From: Acidimicrobiia bacterium
Lineage (GTDB): Bacteria > Actinomycetota > Acidimicrobiia > Spongiisociales > ZC4RG35
Length of the DNA: 55,720 nt
Direction: 5' to 3'
NCBI GenBank assembly: GCA_036556085.1
Contig: DATBKE010000170.1
Location: 1 to 55,720 of the forward strand
The translations under genes were made by a program, and so were the position numbers. Below are positions 9,726 through 18,078 of the stretch, piece after piece. The notes under the pieces are model-generated. The model did not search any database. It saw only the letters and a program-made list of their open reading frames with translations, and had not been told where the DNA came from. Numbering within the stretch: the first letter of the stretch is position 1; every line of letters starts with the position of its first letter.

Positions 9726-10750
9726 TTGAGCGTTTTTCCCGCCGACCTCAAATCCTGACAGGCTTCGACCACCCGCTTGGCCATCCCCGATTCGGCCTTC
9801 TTCAGGTAGGAACGGGGGTCGTATGCCGATTTGTCACCGACATCTCCGTCGATCTTCATCACCCCCGAGTAGTTGGAAAACATGTGGTCGGCGATTGGCC
9901 GGGTGAACGCGTATTGGGTATCGGTGTCGACGTTCATCTTGACGACGCCGTAATCGAGCGTCTCTCGGATTTCGGAGAGGCTCGATCCGGACCCACCGTG
10001 GAAGACGAGGAAGTGCCGGCCGGCCGAGCCGAACTGCTTTTCCATCGCCTCTTGTCCCTCGCGCAGGATCGAGGGACGGAGCTGGACAGCACCAGGCTTA
10101 TAAACCCCATGCACGTTGCCGAATACTGCGGCCAACAGATAGAGGCGCTCGCCGGGCAGGCCCAACACTTCGGCGGTGCGAACCATGTCCTCGGGGGTGG
10201 TGTAGAGCTTTGATCGTTCGACTCCTTCATGGTCCATGGCGTCCTCTTTGCCGCCCACGATTCCAATCTCGAGTTCCAGGACCGATCCCACCGCCTCGCA
10301 TTCGTCGAGCAACTCTTTGGCCAGGGCGAGGTTCTCCTCCAGAGGAAGCATCGATGCATCGACCATGTGGCTCTGAAAAAGCGGTCCACTGCCCGACCGC
10401 ACTCGCTCCTGGCTCAGTGCCAACAAGGGACGCACGAACCCATCAACCTTTTCCGGCTGGCAATGGTCGGTGTGGAGGCCAATGTTGACCGGGTAGCGCT
10501 CGGCCACCACGTAGGCGAACTCGGCCAGGCCGGCGGCGCCAGTCGGCATGTCCTTGCGGGTGGTTCCGGACAGAAACTCGGCTCCGCCGGTCGAGATTTG
10601 GACAATGCCATCGGACTCCGCCTCGGAAAAGCCTGATAGTGCGCCGTGGAGAGTCTCCGATCCGGTGACGTTGATGGCCGGAAAGGCAAACCCGCCCTCG
10701 CGGGCAGCTTCGAGCATTGCTCGATACTTCTCCGGGCTGGCTACTGGCAT
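9722..10750 (-). CDS. fbaA: Class II fructose-bisphosphate aldolase
   Basis: FAFPAINV, LHTDHC, FGNVHGVYKPG, VFHGGSGS, KMNVDTDTQYAF, YDPRSY. SD GGGAGG before ATG 10750. Confidence 0.96.
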   Translation of the reverse strand: MPVASPEKYRAMLEAAREGGFAFPAINVTGSETLHGALSGFSEAESDGIVQISTGGAEFLSGTTRKDMPTGAAGLAEFAYVVAERYPVNIGLHTDHCQPEKVDGFVRPLLALSQERVRSGSGPLFQSHMVDASMLPLEENLALAKELLDECEAVGSVLELEIGIVGGKEDAMDHEGVERSKLYTTPEDMVRTAEVLGLPGERLYLLAAVFGNVHGVYKPGAVQLRPSILREGQEAMEKQFGSAGRHFLVFHGGSGSSLSEIRETLDYGVVKMNVDTDTQYAFTRPIADHMFSNYSGVMKIDGDVGDKSAYDPRSYLKKAESGMAKRVVEACQDLRSAGKTLK

Positions 10751-10857
10751 TTGTTTTTCCTCCCGTGGGGATCCAAAGAGAAAGTTAGCCAGGGATCCCG
10801 TTTCTCCCCCCAAGGAGGGGCCCAACGTGCCGACTCGCTGTTGACAACCGGCCGGAT

Positions 10858-11277
10858 ATGGTCAGCCTGGTGGCAACCACCCAACAGGTCCGCAAGCCCC
10901 GCAGCCGGTTCGTCCGGGGCGTCTACCTCGCCCTGGGACTCATGTGTCTCGGGCTTGCCTACATGTCCTGGTTGCCCGGAATCCCCACTTTCGACTTCGT
11001 GATCCTGGCGGCCTTCTTTTTCGCTCGATCCTCAGATCGGTTTCACGCCTGGCTTATGAGCCATCCAGTATTCGGCCGGATCATCCGCGGGTATCGAAGC
11101 GACGGTTTCACGGTCCGCACCAAGGCCGTGGCGTCGGCAGCAGTGCTTGCATCTCTCATCTTCTCAATGACCGTGCTGGTCGACTCGGTGTCGCTGCGTT
11201 GGGTGCTGGCGGCGGTCGGCCTCTTCGCGGTGTGGTTCATCTGGACCCGGCCAACCAAGCGGATCGCCAGCCAGTAG
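10858..11277 (+). CDS. YbaN / DUF454 family membrane protein
   Basis: LPGIPTFDFVILAAFFFARSSDRFHAWLMSHPVFG. A leaderless GTG start at 10870 is possible (TATGGT 7 nt upstream). Confidence 0.85.
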   Translation: MVSLVATTQQVRKPRSRFVRGVYLALGLMCLGLAYMSWLPGIPTFDFVILAAFFFARSSDRFHAWLMSHPVFGRIIRGYRSDGFTVRTKAVASAAVLASLIFSMTVLVDSVSLRWVLAAVGLFAVWFIWTRPTKRIASQ

Positions 11278-11294
11278 CCCCGCGGTCGGCCGAT

Positions 11295-11303
11295 TGCTAA
11301 ATT
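11295..11303 (+). promoter_or_regulatory. Extended -10 promoter (TGcTAAATT) of the RRM gene
   Basis: TGn followed by TANNNT about 100 nt before the TTG start, followed by a structured leader. Confidence 0.45.
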
Positions 11304-11401
11304 CTCGGCAGCGAGTCACCGCGACTTCGCTCGAATCCTTCTGTCCGTTGGGTTCGCTGTTCTATGAACCGACTGGGGTTGCCCAGCGGTCAGGAGGGAA
11401 G

Positions 11402-11698
11402 TTGAGGCTCTACGTAGGAAATCTGCCCTTTCGAACTACATCCGAGGACCTACGGGCAACCTTCAGTCGCTTCGGTGAGGTGAGCTCGGCAGAGGTGCTG
11501 AGCGATCGGGAGACTGGCCGCTCGCGCGGCTTCGGATTTGTCGAGATGGCCGATGACGCGGCCCGCGAGGCAATCGAGGCGCTCGATGGCAGCGACCTGG
11601 CAGGTCGGCGCATCGTGGTCAACGAGTCAAGACCCATGGCTCCCCGTCCCCCCCGTCAAGGGGGCGGGGGCGGTAACCGATACCGGGACCGCAACTAG
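11402..11698 (+). CDS. RRM-domain RNA-binding protein with Gly/Arg-rich tail
   Basis: RNP2 LYVGNL, RNP1 RGFGFVEM; SD AGGAGG (11392-11397) before TTG 11402. Confidence 0.93.
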   Translation: MRLYVGNLPFRTTSEDLRATFSRFGEVSSAEVLSDRETGRSRGFGFVEMADDAAREAIEALDGSDLAGRRIVVNESRPMAPRPPRQGGGGGNRYRDRN

Positions 11699-11709
11699 CC
11701 ACGGATTGC

Positions 11710-11743
11710 AAGAAAAGCGCCCCCGATCGGGGGCGCTTTTCTT
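11710..11743. terminator. Bidirectional intrinsic terminator between the convergent RRM gene and dps
   Basis: Perfect 34-bp palindrome AAGAAAAGCGCCCCCGATCGGGGGCGCTTTTCTT with a U-tract on both strands. Confidence 0.92.
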
Positions 11744-11749
11744 TCGCTC

Positions 11750-12337
11750 CTAGGCGATCCTCGCCCTGGCCTTCTGGGCCGCGCCGCGCTCGCTGGACGA
11801 GGTGGTCAGAATCTCTCCCTCGCTCGACTCGAGATGGGCCCGAACGAACCATTGCAACAACTCGAGGGTCCCGAGATGGCCCACCAGCATGTCTTGGGTC
11901 ACGAGATCTATCTCGCCTAACTGTTCAGCCAGCTTGCGATGATCCTCGATGATCCCCGTGTAGACCACATCGAGCGCGGCCATGTGCTCGGGGACGGTCG
12001 CCTTTCCCAGGTCGTAATCGTTCCAGGTCCGCACACTCACCAGATGGCCGGGGGTGCCGTTGGGATGTCCGCCCAGAGTCGCGATTCGTTCGGCGGTCTC
12101 GTCGACCATGGGCAGCACTTTGGCCAGGTGATCGTCGAGCATCTCATGCGCGGCGATAAATAGAGGTCCCACGACATTCCAATGGATGTGCTTGAGGGTC
12201 ATCGCCAGATCGAATAACGCGGCAAGCCGAGTGTCGAGCTCATCGGCGATTTTCTTGGCGTCGGCGATCTTGAGCCCCGGGACAGTGAATTTCGGCGAGG
12301 AATTGGATGCTCGCCGGGCGGCTCGCTTCTGAGCCAT
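11750..12337 (-). CDS. dps: DNA starvation/stationary-phase protection protein Dps
   Basis: KHIHWNVVGPLFIAAHEMLDD, VDETAERIATLG ferroxidase motifs; basic N- and C-terminal tails; SD AGGAGG. Confidence 0.95.
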   Translation of the reverse strand: MAQKRAARRASNSSPKFTVPGLKIADAKKIADELDTRLAALFDLAMTLKHIHWNVVGPLFIAAHEMLDDHLAKVLPMVDETAERIATLGGHPNGTPGHLVSVRTWNDYDLGKATVPEHMAALDVVYTGIIEDHRKLAEQLGEIDLVTQDMLVGHLGTLELLQWFVRAHLESSEGEILTTSSSERGAAQKARARIA

Positions 12338-12367
12338 GGTTTCCCTCCTGTCGATACGCCACGAGAA

Positions 12368-12393
12368 TTACCCGCGGGGGGAAGGCGATAAAC
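12368..12393 (-). promoter_or_regulatory. SigF/sigma-B-type stress promoter of dps
   Basis: Minus strand GTTT-N16-GGGTAA, about 30 nt upstream of the dps ATG. Confidence 0.6.
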
Positions 12394-12403
12394 GACCGCT
12401 CAG

Positions 12404-13246
12404 CTAGGCCTGCTGGTTGCCCTGCTCCCGGAGGAACCGCTCGATTTCCGCGGCCAACTGCTCGCCGGACACCGATTCCGTCGCATCGACCATCGACTCG
12501 AGTTTCTGGACGGCCTCGGCCAGATCGGGGCGCTGGCTCGCCACAGTGTCGAGATCCTTCCGCTGGGCGTCGGCTGCTTCCGCCAACGTGCCGGTGGGCA
12601 ACACTTGCCCGAGGTGGCGCTCCAGACGGCGGATGACGGCGAGTGCGGCTGCCGGATAGGCGACGCTCACATACTGGGGAACCCGGGCATAGAAACCAAC
12701 CGTCGGGATTCCTGCACCCGCCACGAGGAAGTCGAGGGCACTCACCGCAGCCGCCGGCACTCGGAGCAATCCCCGGGCATGATCCTCATCGCCGGTCAAC
12801 AGTGACTGGTCTGAGGCGGCGCTGATGATCGGAACTTCGCGGGTGTGAGGCCAGGCCCAGGGGATACCTCCGATGGAAATCTGCTGCCGAACCTTCCACT
12901 CGATCGCCAATTCCGAGACCTCGGCCCCCAAGCGTCGCCAGTTCCAATTGGGTTCCACGCCCGACATGACGAGCAGGTCCGAGTCCTCTAGAGGAAGCCG
13001 GCGGATAACGAGCTCCGGCCAGACCAGGGAGGTCATCACGCCGTCGACGAAATCGAGCATCGGACGGCTCACCCGATAGTCGTAGAGAAGATCAGACCGA
13101 CCCTCGCCAATCTGATCCCCGCCGAGCGTCTCGGCCACCAGCGTGGCGACTCCGCCCGCGTTCACCCAGCCATTGAGGCACACCACCAGAACCGGCGCCC
13201 GCAGGGGATCATCGACGCTTACATCAAAAATCCTCATCCAGTCCAT
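12404..13246 (-). CDS. PAC2 family (proteasome assembly chaperone-like) protein
   Basis: [45 protein letters not shown]-terminal [10 protein letters not shown]. Confidence 0.88.
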   Translation of the reverse strand: MDWMRIFDVSVDDPLRAPVLVVCLNGWVNAGGVATLVAETLGGDQIGEGRSDLLYDYRVSRPMLDFVDGVMTSLVWPELVIRRLPLEDSDLLVMSGVEPNWNWRRLGAEVSELAIEWKVRQQISIGGIPWAWPHTREVPIISAASDQSLLTGDEDHARGLLRVPAAAVSALDFLVAGAGIPTVGFYARVPQYVSVAYPAAALAVIRRLERHLGQVLPTGTLAEAADAQRKDLDTVASQRPDLAEAVQKLESMVDATESVSGEQLAAEIERFLREQGNQQA

Positions 13247-14262
13247 TCCAGCAATACCTTGCCGCTCTGTCCGCTCTCGCTGACTGCAAAAGCCTCTTCA
13301 AACGCCGTCACCGGGAAGCGGTGTGTGATCACGGACTCCACATCGAGCCCGCCCCGCAACAACGCCGCCATCTTGTACCAAGTCTCGAAAATCAGTCGCC
13401 CGTAGATGCCTTTCAAGGTCAAGCCCTTGAAGATCACGGCGTTGAGGTCGACGGACACCAGGTCGGGTGGGAGACCTAGCAAGGCCACTCTTCCGCCGTG
13501 ATTCATGACCTCGATCATTTGGCTGAAGGCCTCCCCACTGCCCGACATCTCCATGCCCACGTCGAAGCCTTCACTCATACCGAGTTCGTTCATGACAGCT
13601 TTCAAGTCAGTTGAGGCGGCATCGACTACGCGGTCGGCCCCGAGCTTTTGGGCCATGTCCAACCGGTAGGGGTTGAGGTCGGTAACCACTACGTAGCGGG
13701 CTCCGATGTGTTGGGAGATGGCCGTCGCCATCACCCCGATGGGACCGGCCCCTGTGATTAGCACGTCTTCGCCCACCAGGTCGTACGCCAGGGCGGTGTG
13801 GGTGGCATTTCCCAAGGGATCGAGGATTGCTCCCACTTCATCTCCGATGTGGTCGGGGAGTGGGAAGACGTTGGAAGCAGGAATCACGACATATTCCGCG
13901 AAGGCGCCTGGCCGGGTGACGCCGAGCCCGAGATGGTGGTGGCAGAAGTGACGCCTCCCCGCACGGCAGTTGCGGCAGTGACCGCAGGTGATGTGACCTT
14001 CGCCCGAGACCCTCTCCCCGAGTTCAACACCCTGGACCGACTCTCCAATCTCGGTGATCTCCCCCATGAACTCGTGCCCAACGGCCATCGGCCATGCGAT
14101 CGTCTGCTGAGCCCACTCGTCCCACCGATAGATATGGAGGTCGGTGCCACAGATCGATGTTTTTCGGACGGCGATCTTGACGTCGGCAGGACCCACTTCG
14201 GGCTCGGGGATCTCCTTGAGCCAGAGACCCGGTTCCGGCTTCGCCTTGACAAGCGCTTTCAC
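13234..14262 (-). CDS. tdh: L-threonine 3-dehydrogenase
   Basis: [44 protein letters not shown]...TWYKM. Confidence 0.97.
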   Translation of the reverse strand: MKALVKAKPEPGLWLKEIPEPEVGPADVKIAVRKTSICGTDLHIYRWDEWAQQTIAWPMAVGHEFMGEITEIGESVQGVELGERVSGEGHITCGHCRNCRAGRRHFCHHHLGLGVTRPGAFAEYVVIPASNVFPLPDHIGDEVGAILDPLGNATHTALAYDLVGEDVLITGAGPIGVMATAISQHIGARYVVVTDLNPYRLDMAQKLGADRVVDAASTDLKAVMNELGMSEGFDVGMEMSGSGEAFSQMIEVMNHGGRVALLGLPPDLVSVDLNAVIFKGLTLKGIYGRLIFETWYKMAALLRGGLDVESVITHRFPVTAFEEAFAVSESGQSGKVLLEWTG

Positions 14263-15443
14263 CCCGTCACTCCTAGCTCCCGGCCAACCTTGACGAAGGC
14301 TGAAACTGCATGGTCTATGTCGTCAGAGGAGTGAGCAGCGGAAATTTGGGTCCTGATCCGGGCTTGCCCAAGGGGAACGACGGGGAACGAAAAGCCGATG
14401 ACATAAATCCCCTCCGCCAGCATCCGCTCCGCCATCTCCGTGGCGAGACGGGCGTCCCCCAGCATCACCGGAATGATCGGATGATTCGCCCCCGCCAACT
14501 GAAAGCCAGCAGCGGTCATCTCTTTCCGGAAGTGATCCGAATTCTCCGCCAGTTTCTCTCTCAGGCCAGCGCTTTCTTCGATGATGCTGAGGGCGGCTAT
14601 TGAGGAGGCCGCCAGCCCCGGGGCCAGGCTGTTGGAGAACAGATACGGACGCGAGCGCTGCCGCAGCCAGCCGACTATCTCTGAGCTGGCGGCGGTATAG
14701 CCACCGCTGGCGCCGCCCAGTGCCTTGCCCATGGTCCCGGTCAGGATGTCGACTTTGGTGTTGGTGAACTCGGGAGTGCCACCGCCTCCGGCGCCGATGA
14801 ACCCCACGGCGTGACTGTCGTCGACCATCACCAGGGCCCGGTGTTTTTCGGCCAGAGTCGCGATGGCGGGGAGGTCGGCGATCACTCCATCCATCGAGAA
14901 CACCCCGTCCGTTGCGATCAATCGGTAGCGGGAGTCGGCGGACTCTACGAGTCGTTGCTCCAGTTCCTTCATGTCGTTGTTGGCGTATCGCAACCGCCGC
15001 GCCTTGGAAAGGCGGATCCCGTCGATGATCGAGGCGTGGTTAAGCGCATCGGATATGACCGCGTCTTCGGTATCGAGCAGCGTTTCGAAAAGCCCGCCGT
15101 TGGCATCGAAGCACGACGAGTAAAGGATCGAGTCGTCCATGTCGAGGAAGTCCGCAAGGCGAGACTCGAGTTCCTTGTGCACCGACTGGGTGCCGCAGAT
15201 GAAGCGGACCGAGGCGGTGCCGTAGCCATGTTCGGCGATGCCCGCAGCGGCGGCTACTTCCAGGCGTCGATCATTGGCCAGGCCCAGGTAGTTGTTCGCA
15301 CAGAAATTGATCACCCGACGCCCATCGGCGAGCTCGATGTGAGCCCCTTGCGGCGAGGTGATCGTGCGCTCCTCCTTGAACAAGCCCTCGTGGCGGAGAT
15401 GTTCGGTTCTCAGCCGAAGATCGTTGGAGAGACCCGAATCCAT
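14259..15443 (-). CDS. kbl: Glycine C-acetyltransferase (2-amino-3-ketobutyrate CoA ligase)
   Basis: [60 protein letters not shown]; paired with tdh. Confidence 0.97.
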   Translation of the reverse strand: MDSGLSNDLRLRTEHLRHEGLFKEERTITSPQGAHIELADGRRVINFCANNYLGLANDRRLEVAAAAGIAEHGYGTASVRFICGTQSVHKELESRLADFLDMDDSILYSSCFDANGGLFETLLDTEDAVISDALNHASIIDGIRLSKARRLRYANNDMKELEQRLVESADSRYRLIATDGVFSMDGVIADLPAIATLAEKHRALVMVDDSHAVGFIGAGGGGTPEFTNTKVDILTGTMGKALGGASGGYTAASSEIVGWLRQRSRPYLFSNSLAPGLAASSIAALSIIEESAGLREKLAENSDHFRKEMTAAGFQLAGANHPIIPVMLGDARLATEMAERMLAEGIYVIGFSFPVVPLGQARIRTQISAAHSSDDIDHAVSAFVKVGRELGVTG

Positions 15444-15453
15444 GGATAGAAAC

Positions 15454-16725
15454 CTAGATCTGACCCGTGGTGGTGAGCATGGAGATCTCGGTCAGATAGT
15501 TGGGATCCTGGTAGCGATCGGGTGAGAACGCCAAGGCGTAGTCGGGGAGCGAGCTACCGGTGATTATCTGTGCCGCCAGCTCTCCCGCTCCGGCGGCCGC
15601 CATCACGCCGAAGCCCGAGAAAGCCCCCACCACGAATGCTCCCTCGATCGGGAGCCTCCCGATCAGTGGCCGGTTCTCAGACGTTTTGGTGTAGTAACCG
15701 CCATCGACCACCGGCTGGGGGAGATGATCGCGGTAGACGGACAGGCCCGGGACCGCGGTGGTGAGGCCGCGAATCACTGCCTCGGGGTAAAGAGGGTCTT
15801 CGGGCAACGGCCAACTCGGCTCCTGCACCATCCGGTGGTATTCCCACAACCCCACAACCCATTGGGATTCGACTCCGCCCTCGGGCCGGTAGTGACAGGC
15901 CGCTGGCATCACGCCCAGAAGATCTCCTCGGCCCTGCTCGGCGAGCCAGGCCCTCTCCTCAGGCGACCAGTCGATCCTTTGCGGGTCCGACCAGATCATC
16001 ATTGGCGAAGAGCGAGGGATGATGCCGGCGTGATCGCGGAAGGCCACCTTGATGTGGACCTCGGAGTGCACCGGTAGCTCGGTGTGGAGCATACGGGCGA
16101 CCTCGTTGAGCATCGGGCCGGCCGCGACGACGAAGATCGGAGCCTCGACTTTTCCCACATCGGTCGCGACAGCGCTTACTCGACCCCCGTTGGTCTCTAC
16201 CCCGACCACCCTTCCCTTCAGAAGTTCGGCCCCACGATCTCGGGCCTGATCGAGCAGATAGGCACCGAGCTGTTGGGCCGAGAACCAGCCTGCCCGTCGA
16301 GCATGGAGCCCTCCCACCGCGTTTTCGGTGAGAAAGGGGAATCGAGCCCGGAGGTCGCGACCGGTTTCGAATAGGTCGAAGGGACCGCCGCCGAGGGAGG
16401 TGATCAGTTGCGCTTCCGCTTCCATCTGTGAAAGCCGGGTCGGATCGGCGGTGACGTAGAGGTAGCCCTGTCTCGTCAAGTGAAAGGCGTTGTTGGTTTG
16501 TCCGGCGAATTCCTCCAGCAGATCGATAGACCGGTTCATTAGTCCGACCATGGGCGCATTCGGCCACCAATTGCGATAGCACTCGGTCGACTTGTCCGAG
16601 GTCAATGTGAGCGGTGGGAGGGGGTCGACGACTACCACCCGCCGAATCCCGAAGTTTCGAACCAGCTGGTAGGCGGTGGCAACGCCGGCGATCCCGGCGC
16701 CGCAGATGACGGCGTCGGCCTTCAC
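15454..16725 (-). CDS. FAD-dependent amine/amino-acid oxidoreductase (DAO / sarcosine-oxidase / ThiO superfamily)
   Basis: [43 protein letters not shown]. Confidence 0.85.
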   Translation of the reverse strand: MKADAVICGAGIAGVATAYQLVRNFGIRRVVVVDPLPPLTLTSDKSTECYRNWWPNAPMVGLMNRSIDLLEEFAGQTNNAFHLTRQGYLYVTADPTRLSQMEAEAQLITSLGGGPFDLFETGRDLRARFPFLTENAVGGLHARRAGWFSAQQLGAYLLDQARDRGAELLKGRVVGVETNGGRVSAVATDVGKVEAPIFVVAAGPMLNEVARMLHTELPVHSEVHIKVAFRDHAGIIPRSSPMMIWSDPQRIDWSPEERAWLAEQGRGDLLGVMPAACHYRPEGGVESQWVVGLWEYHRMVQEPSWPLPEDPLYPEAVIRGLTTAVPGLSVYRDHLPQPVVDGGYYTKTSENRPLIGRLPIEGAFVVGAFSGFGVMAAAGAGELAAQIITGSSLPDYALAFSPDRYQDPNYLTEISMLTTTGQI

Positions 16726-17003
16726 CCGCCGGAGACGGCCTGCAAGAAAACGATCTCGTCGCCGTCGGAGACTTGGGCAGTGCTGCCTGCCAGATCGCGA
16801 TCCGGTGTCCCGTTGTGGAAACAGAGCACGTGTGGTCGCAGTTGATTTTGTTCGTCGAACAGGTGAACCCGGAGCGTGGGATGCTGACGCAAAAGATCTC
16901 CGATCGCCTCTCCAACCGTCCTGCCGGTCACCTCGACCTGACGAATTGTGCCCACCGCCGGCTCAAGGAGGCGCGGCAGCCTCACCACCGCTCGGGCCAT
17001 CAA
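16722..17003 (-). CDS. MoaD/ThiS-family ubiquitin-like protein with C-terminal Gly-Gly
   Basis: 93 aa beta-grasp pattern, TVGEAI, LRPHV, ends [14 protein letters not shown]. Confidence 0.9.
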   Translation of the reverse strand: MMARAVVRLPRLLEPAVGTIRQVEVTGRTVGEAIGDLLRQHPTLRVHLFDEQNQLRPHVLCFHNGTPDRDLAGSTAQVSDGDEIVFLQAVSGG

Positions 17004-18034
17004 GCGATTTCGACGGCGAGGATGCGTGGCAATGAGATCGAGATCTGATTCCAGTTATCGCCATCGTCGTCTGAGACAAAGATCGAACCTCCAGTGGTGC
17101 CGATCGCAATTCCGCCCTGGCTATCAACCGCCATGGCGTTGCGGAGCACGCCATTGAATTGGCCGCCCTCCGGCCACCCTCGTCCCGACTGGTGCCACGA
17201 TTTGCCATCGTCCTGTGATCGGTACACAGCCAGCCGTCCGTCGACGGGAATCCGGTTCTCGTCGGCGGCGAGCGGGGCCACGAACAGGGAACCCGTCGCG
17301 TGGTTGCGTCCGATCGGAAAGCCGAAGGCCGCCGGGAGACCTTCTTCGATGCGTTCCCAGGTTTCCGCTCCATCATTGCTGCGATAGACACCCGAGTGAT
17401 CCTGACGCCAGATGCGATCCGGCTCTTGGGGATCAGATGCCAGGCCATGCACGCAACGCCCGGGCTCCACCGACTCCGGATCTGTGTCGGGATCTCCCAC
17501 GGCCGGCACCCCGCGGTCGTGGCGGGAGAATGAGTTGCCACCATCGTCGGAGCGAAACACGCCGACGGCTGAGATACCCACCCAGAGTTGATCGTTCGCC
17601 GAGAGGATGTGGTGGGCGGCAAGCCCTCCAAAGCCGGGCTGCCAGTCTTCCCGCCCGGGATATTCGTTGAGAGCGGGCACCGGTTGCCAGGAAAGCCCCT
17701 GGTCGTCGGAGAAGAAGAGGCCGGCTTGGTCGACTCCGGCGTATATCCGATCGCCGCTGGTGTGAAAGATCCAGATCTGGTTGAGCTTGAGTCCCGATTC
17801 CTCCGGGTAGCTCGGCCCGTTTTCTACCTGCTCCCAGTTCAGATAGTCGTTCGAACGGTGAACCGAAGCGCCGAACCAATTCGAACCCAATCCGGCCAGG
17901 AAAGTGCCATCGGGAGCCTTCCCGTAGGCGGAAACCTTCCATCCGGGAAACGATGGGCCTTCGACCTCCCACGAGCGGCTGCCCTTGGTGAGGAGATAGC
18001 CGCCCTTTTCGGTGCCAACGATGAGCTTGTCCAT
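17000..18034 (-). CDS. BNR/Asp-box repeat beta-propeller protein (often auto-annotated exo-alpha-sialidase)
   Basis: Repeated Asp-boxes: RSNDYLNW, FSDDQGLSW, RSDDGGNSF, RSNDGAETW, RSQDDGKSW, VSDDDGDNW; no signal peptide. Confidence 0.88.
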   Translation of the reverse strand: MDKLIVGTEKGGYLLTKGSRSWEVEGPSFPGWKVSAYGKAPDGTFLAGLGSNWFGASVHRSNDYLNWEQVENGPSYPEESGLKLNQIWIFHTSGDRIYAGVDQAGLFFSDDQGLSWQPVPALNEYPGREDWQPGFGGLAAHHILSANDQLWVGISAVGVFRSDDGGNSFSRHDRGVPAVGDPDTDPESVEPGRCVHGLASDPQEPDRIWRQDHSGVYRSNDGAETWERIEEGLPAAFGFPIGRNHATGSLFVAPLAADENRIPVDGRLAVYRSQDDGKSWHQSGRGWPEGGQFNGVLRNAMAVDSQGGIAIGTTGGSIFVSDDDGDNWNQISISLPRILAVEIA

Positions 18035-18078
18035 GACCTCATGATGGCAGCGACCATCACCAGTCTCTCCTAGATCGG

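Noticed and set aside
10751-10857. Hairpins upstream of fbaA (GGGATCC/GGATCCC and a G/C run)
   Set aside because: A -10 (TAACTT, minus strand) falls inside the main stem loop, so most of the stem would not be transcribed; no riboswitch consensus recognised.
11710-11743. Perfect 34-bp palindrome as a possible REP/MITE or operator
   Set aside because: Single copy in the window, between convergent genes, with U-tracts on both strands; a bidirectional terminator explains it fully.
17000-18034. Sialidase call for the BNR protein
   Set aside because: Asp-boxes are structural; there is no signal peptide and no RIP/FRIP sialidase motif.
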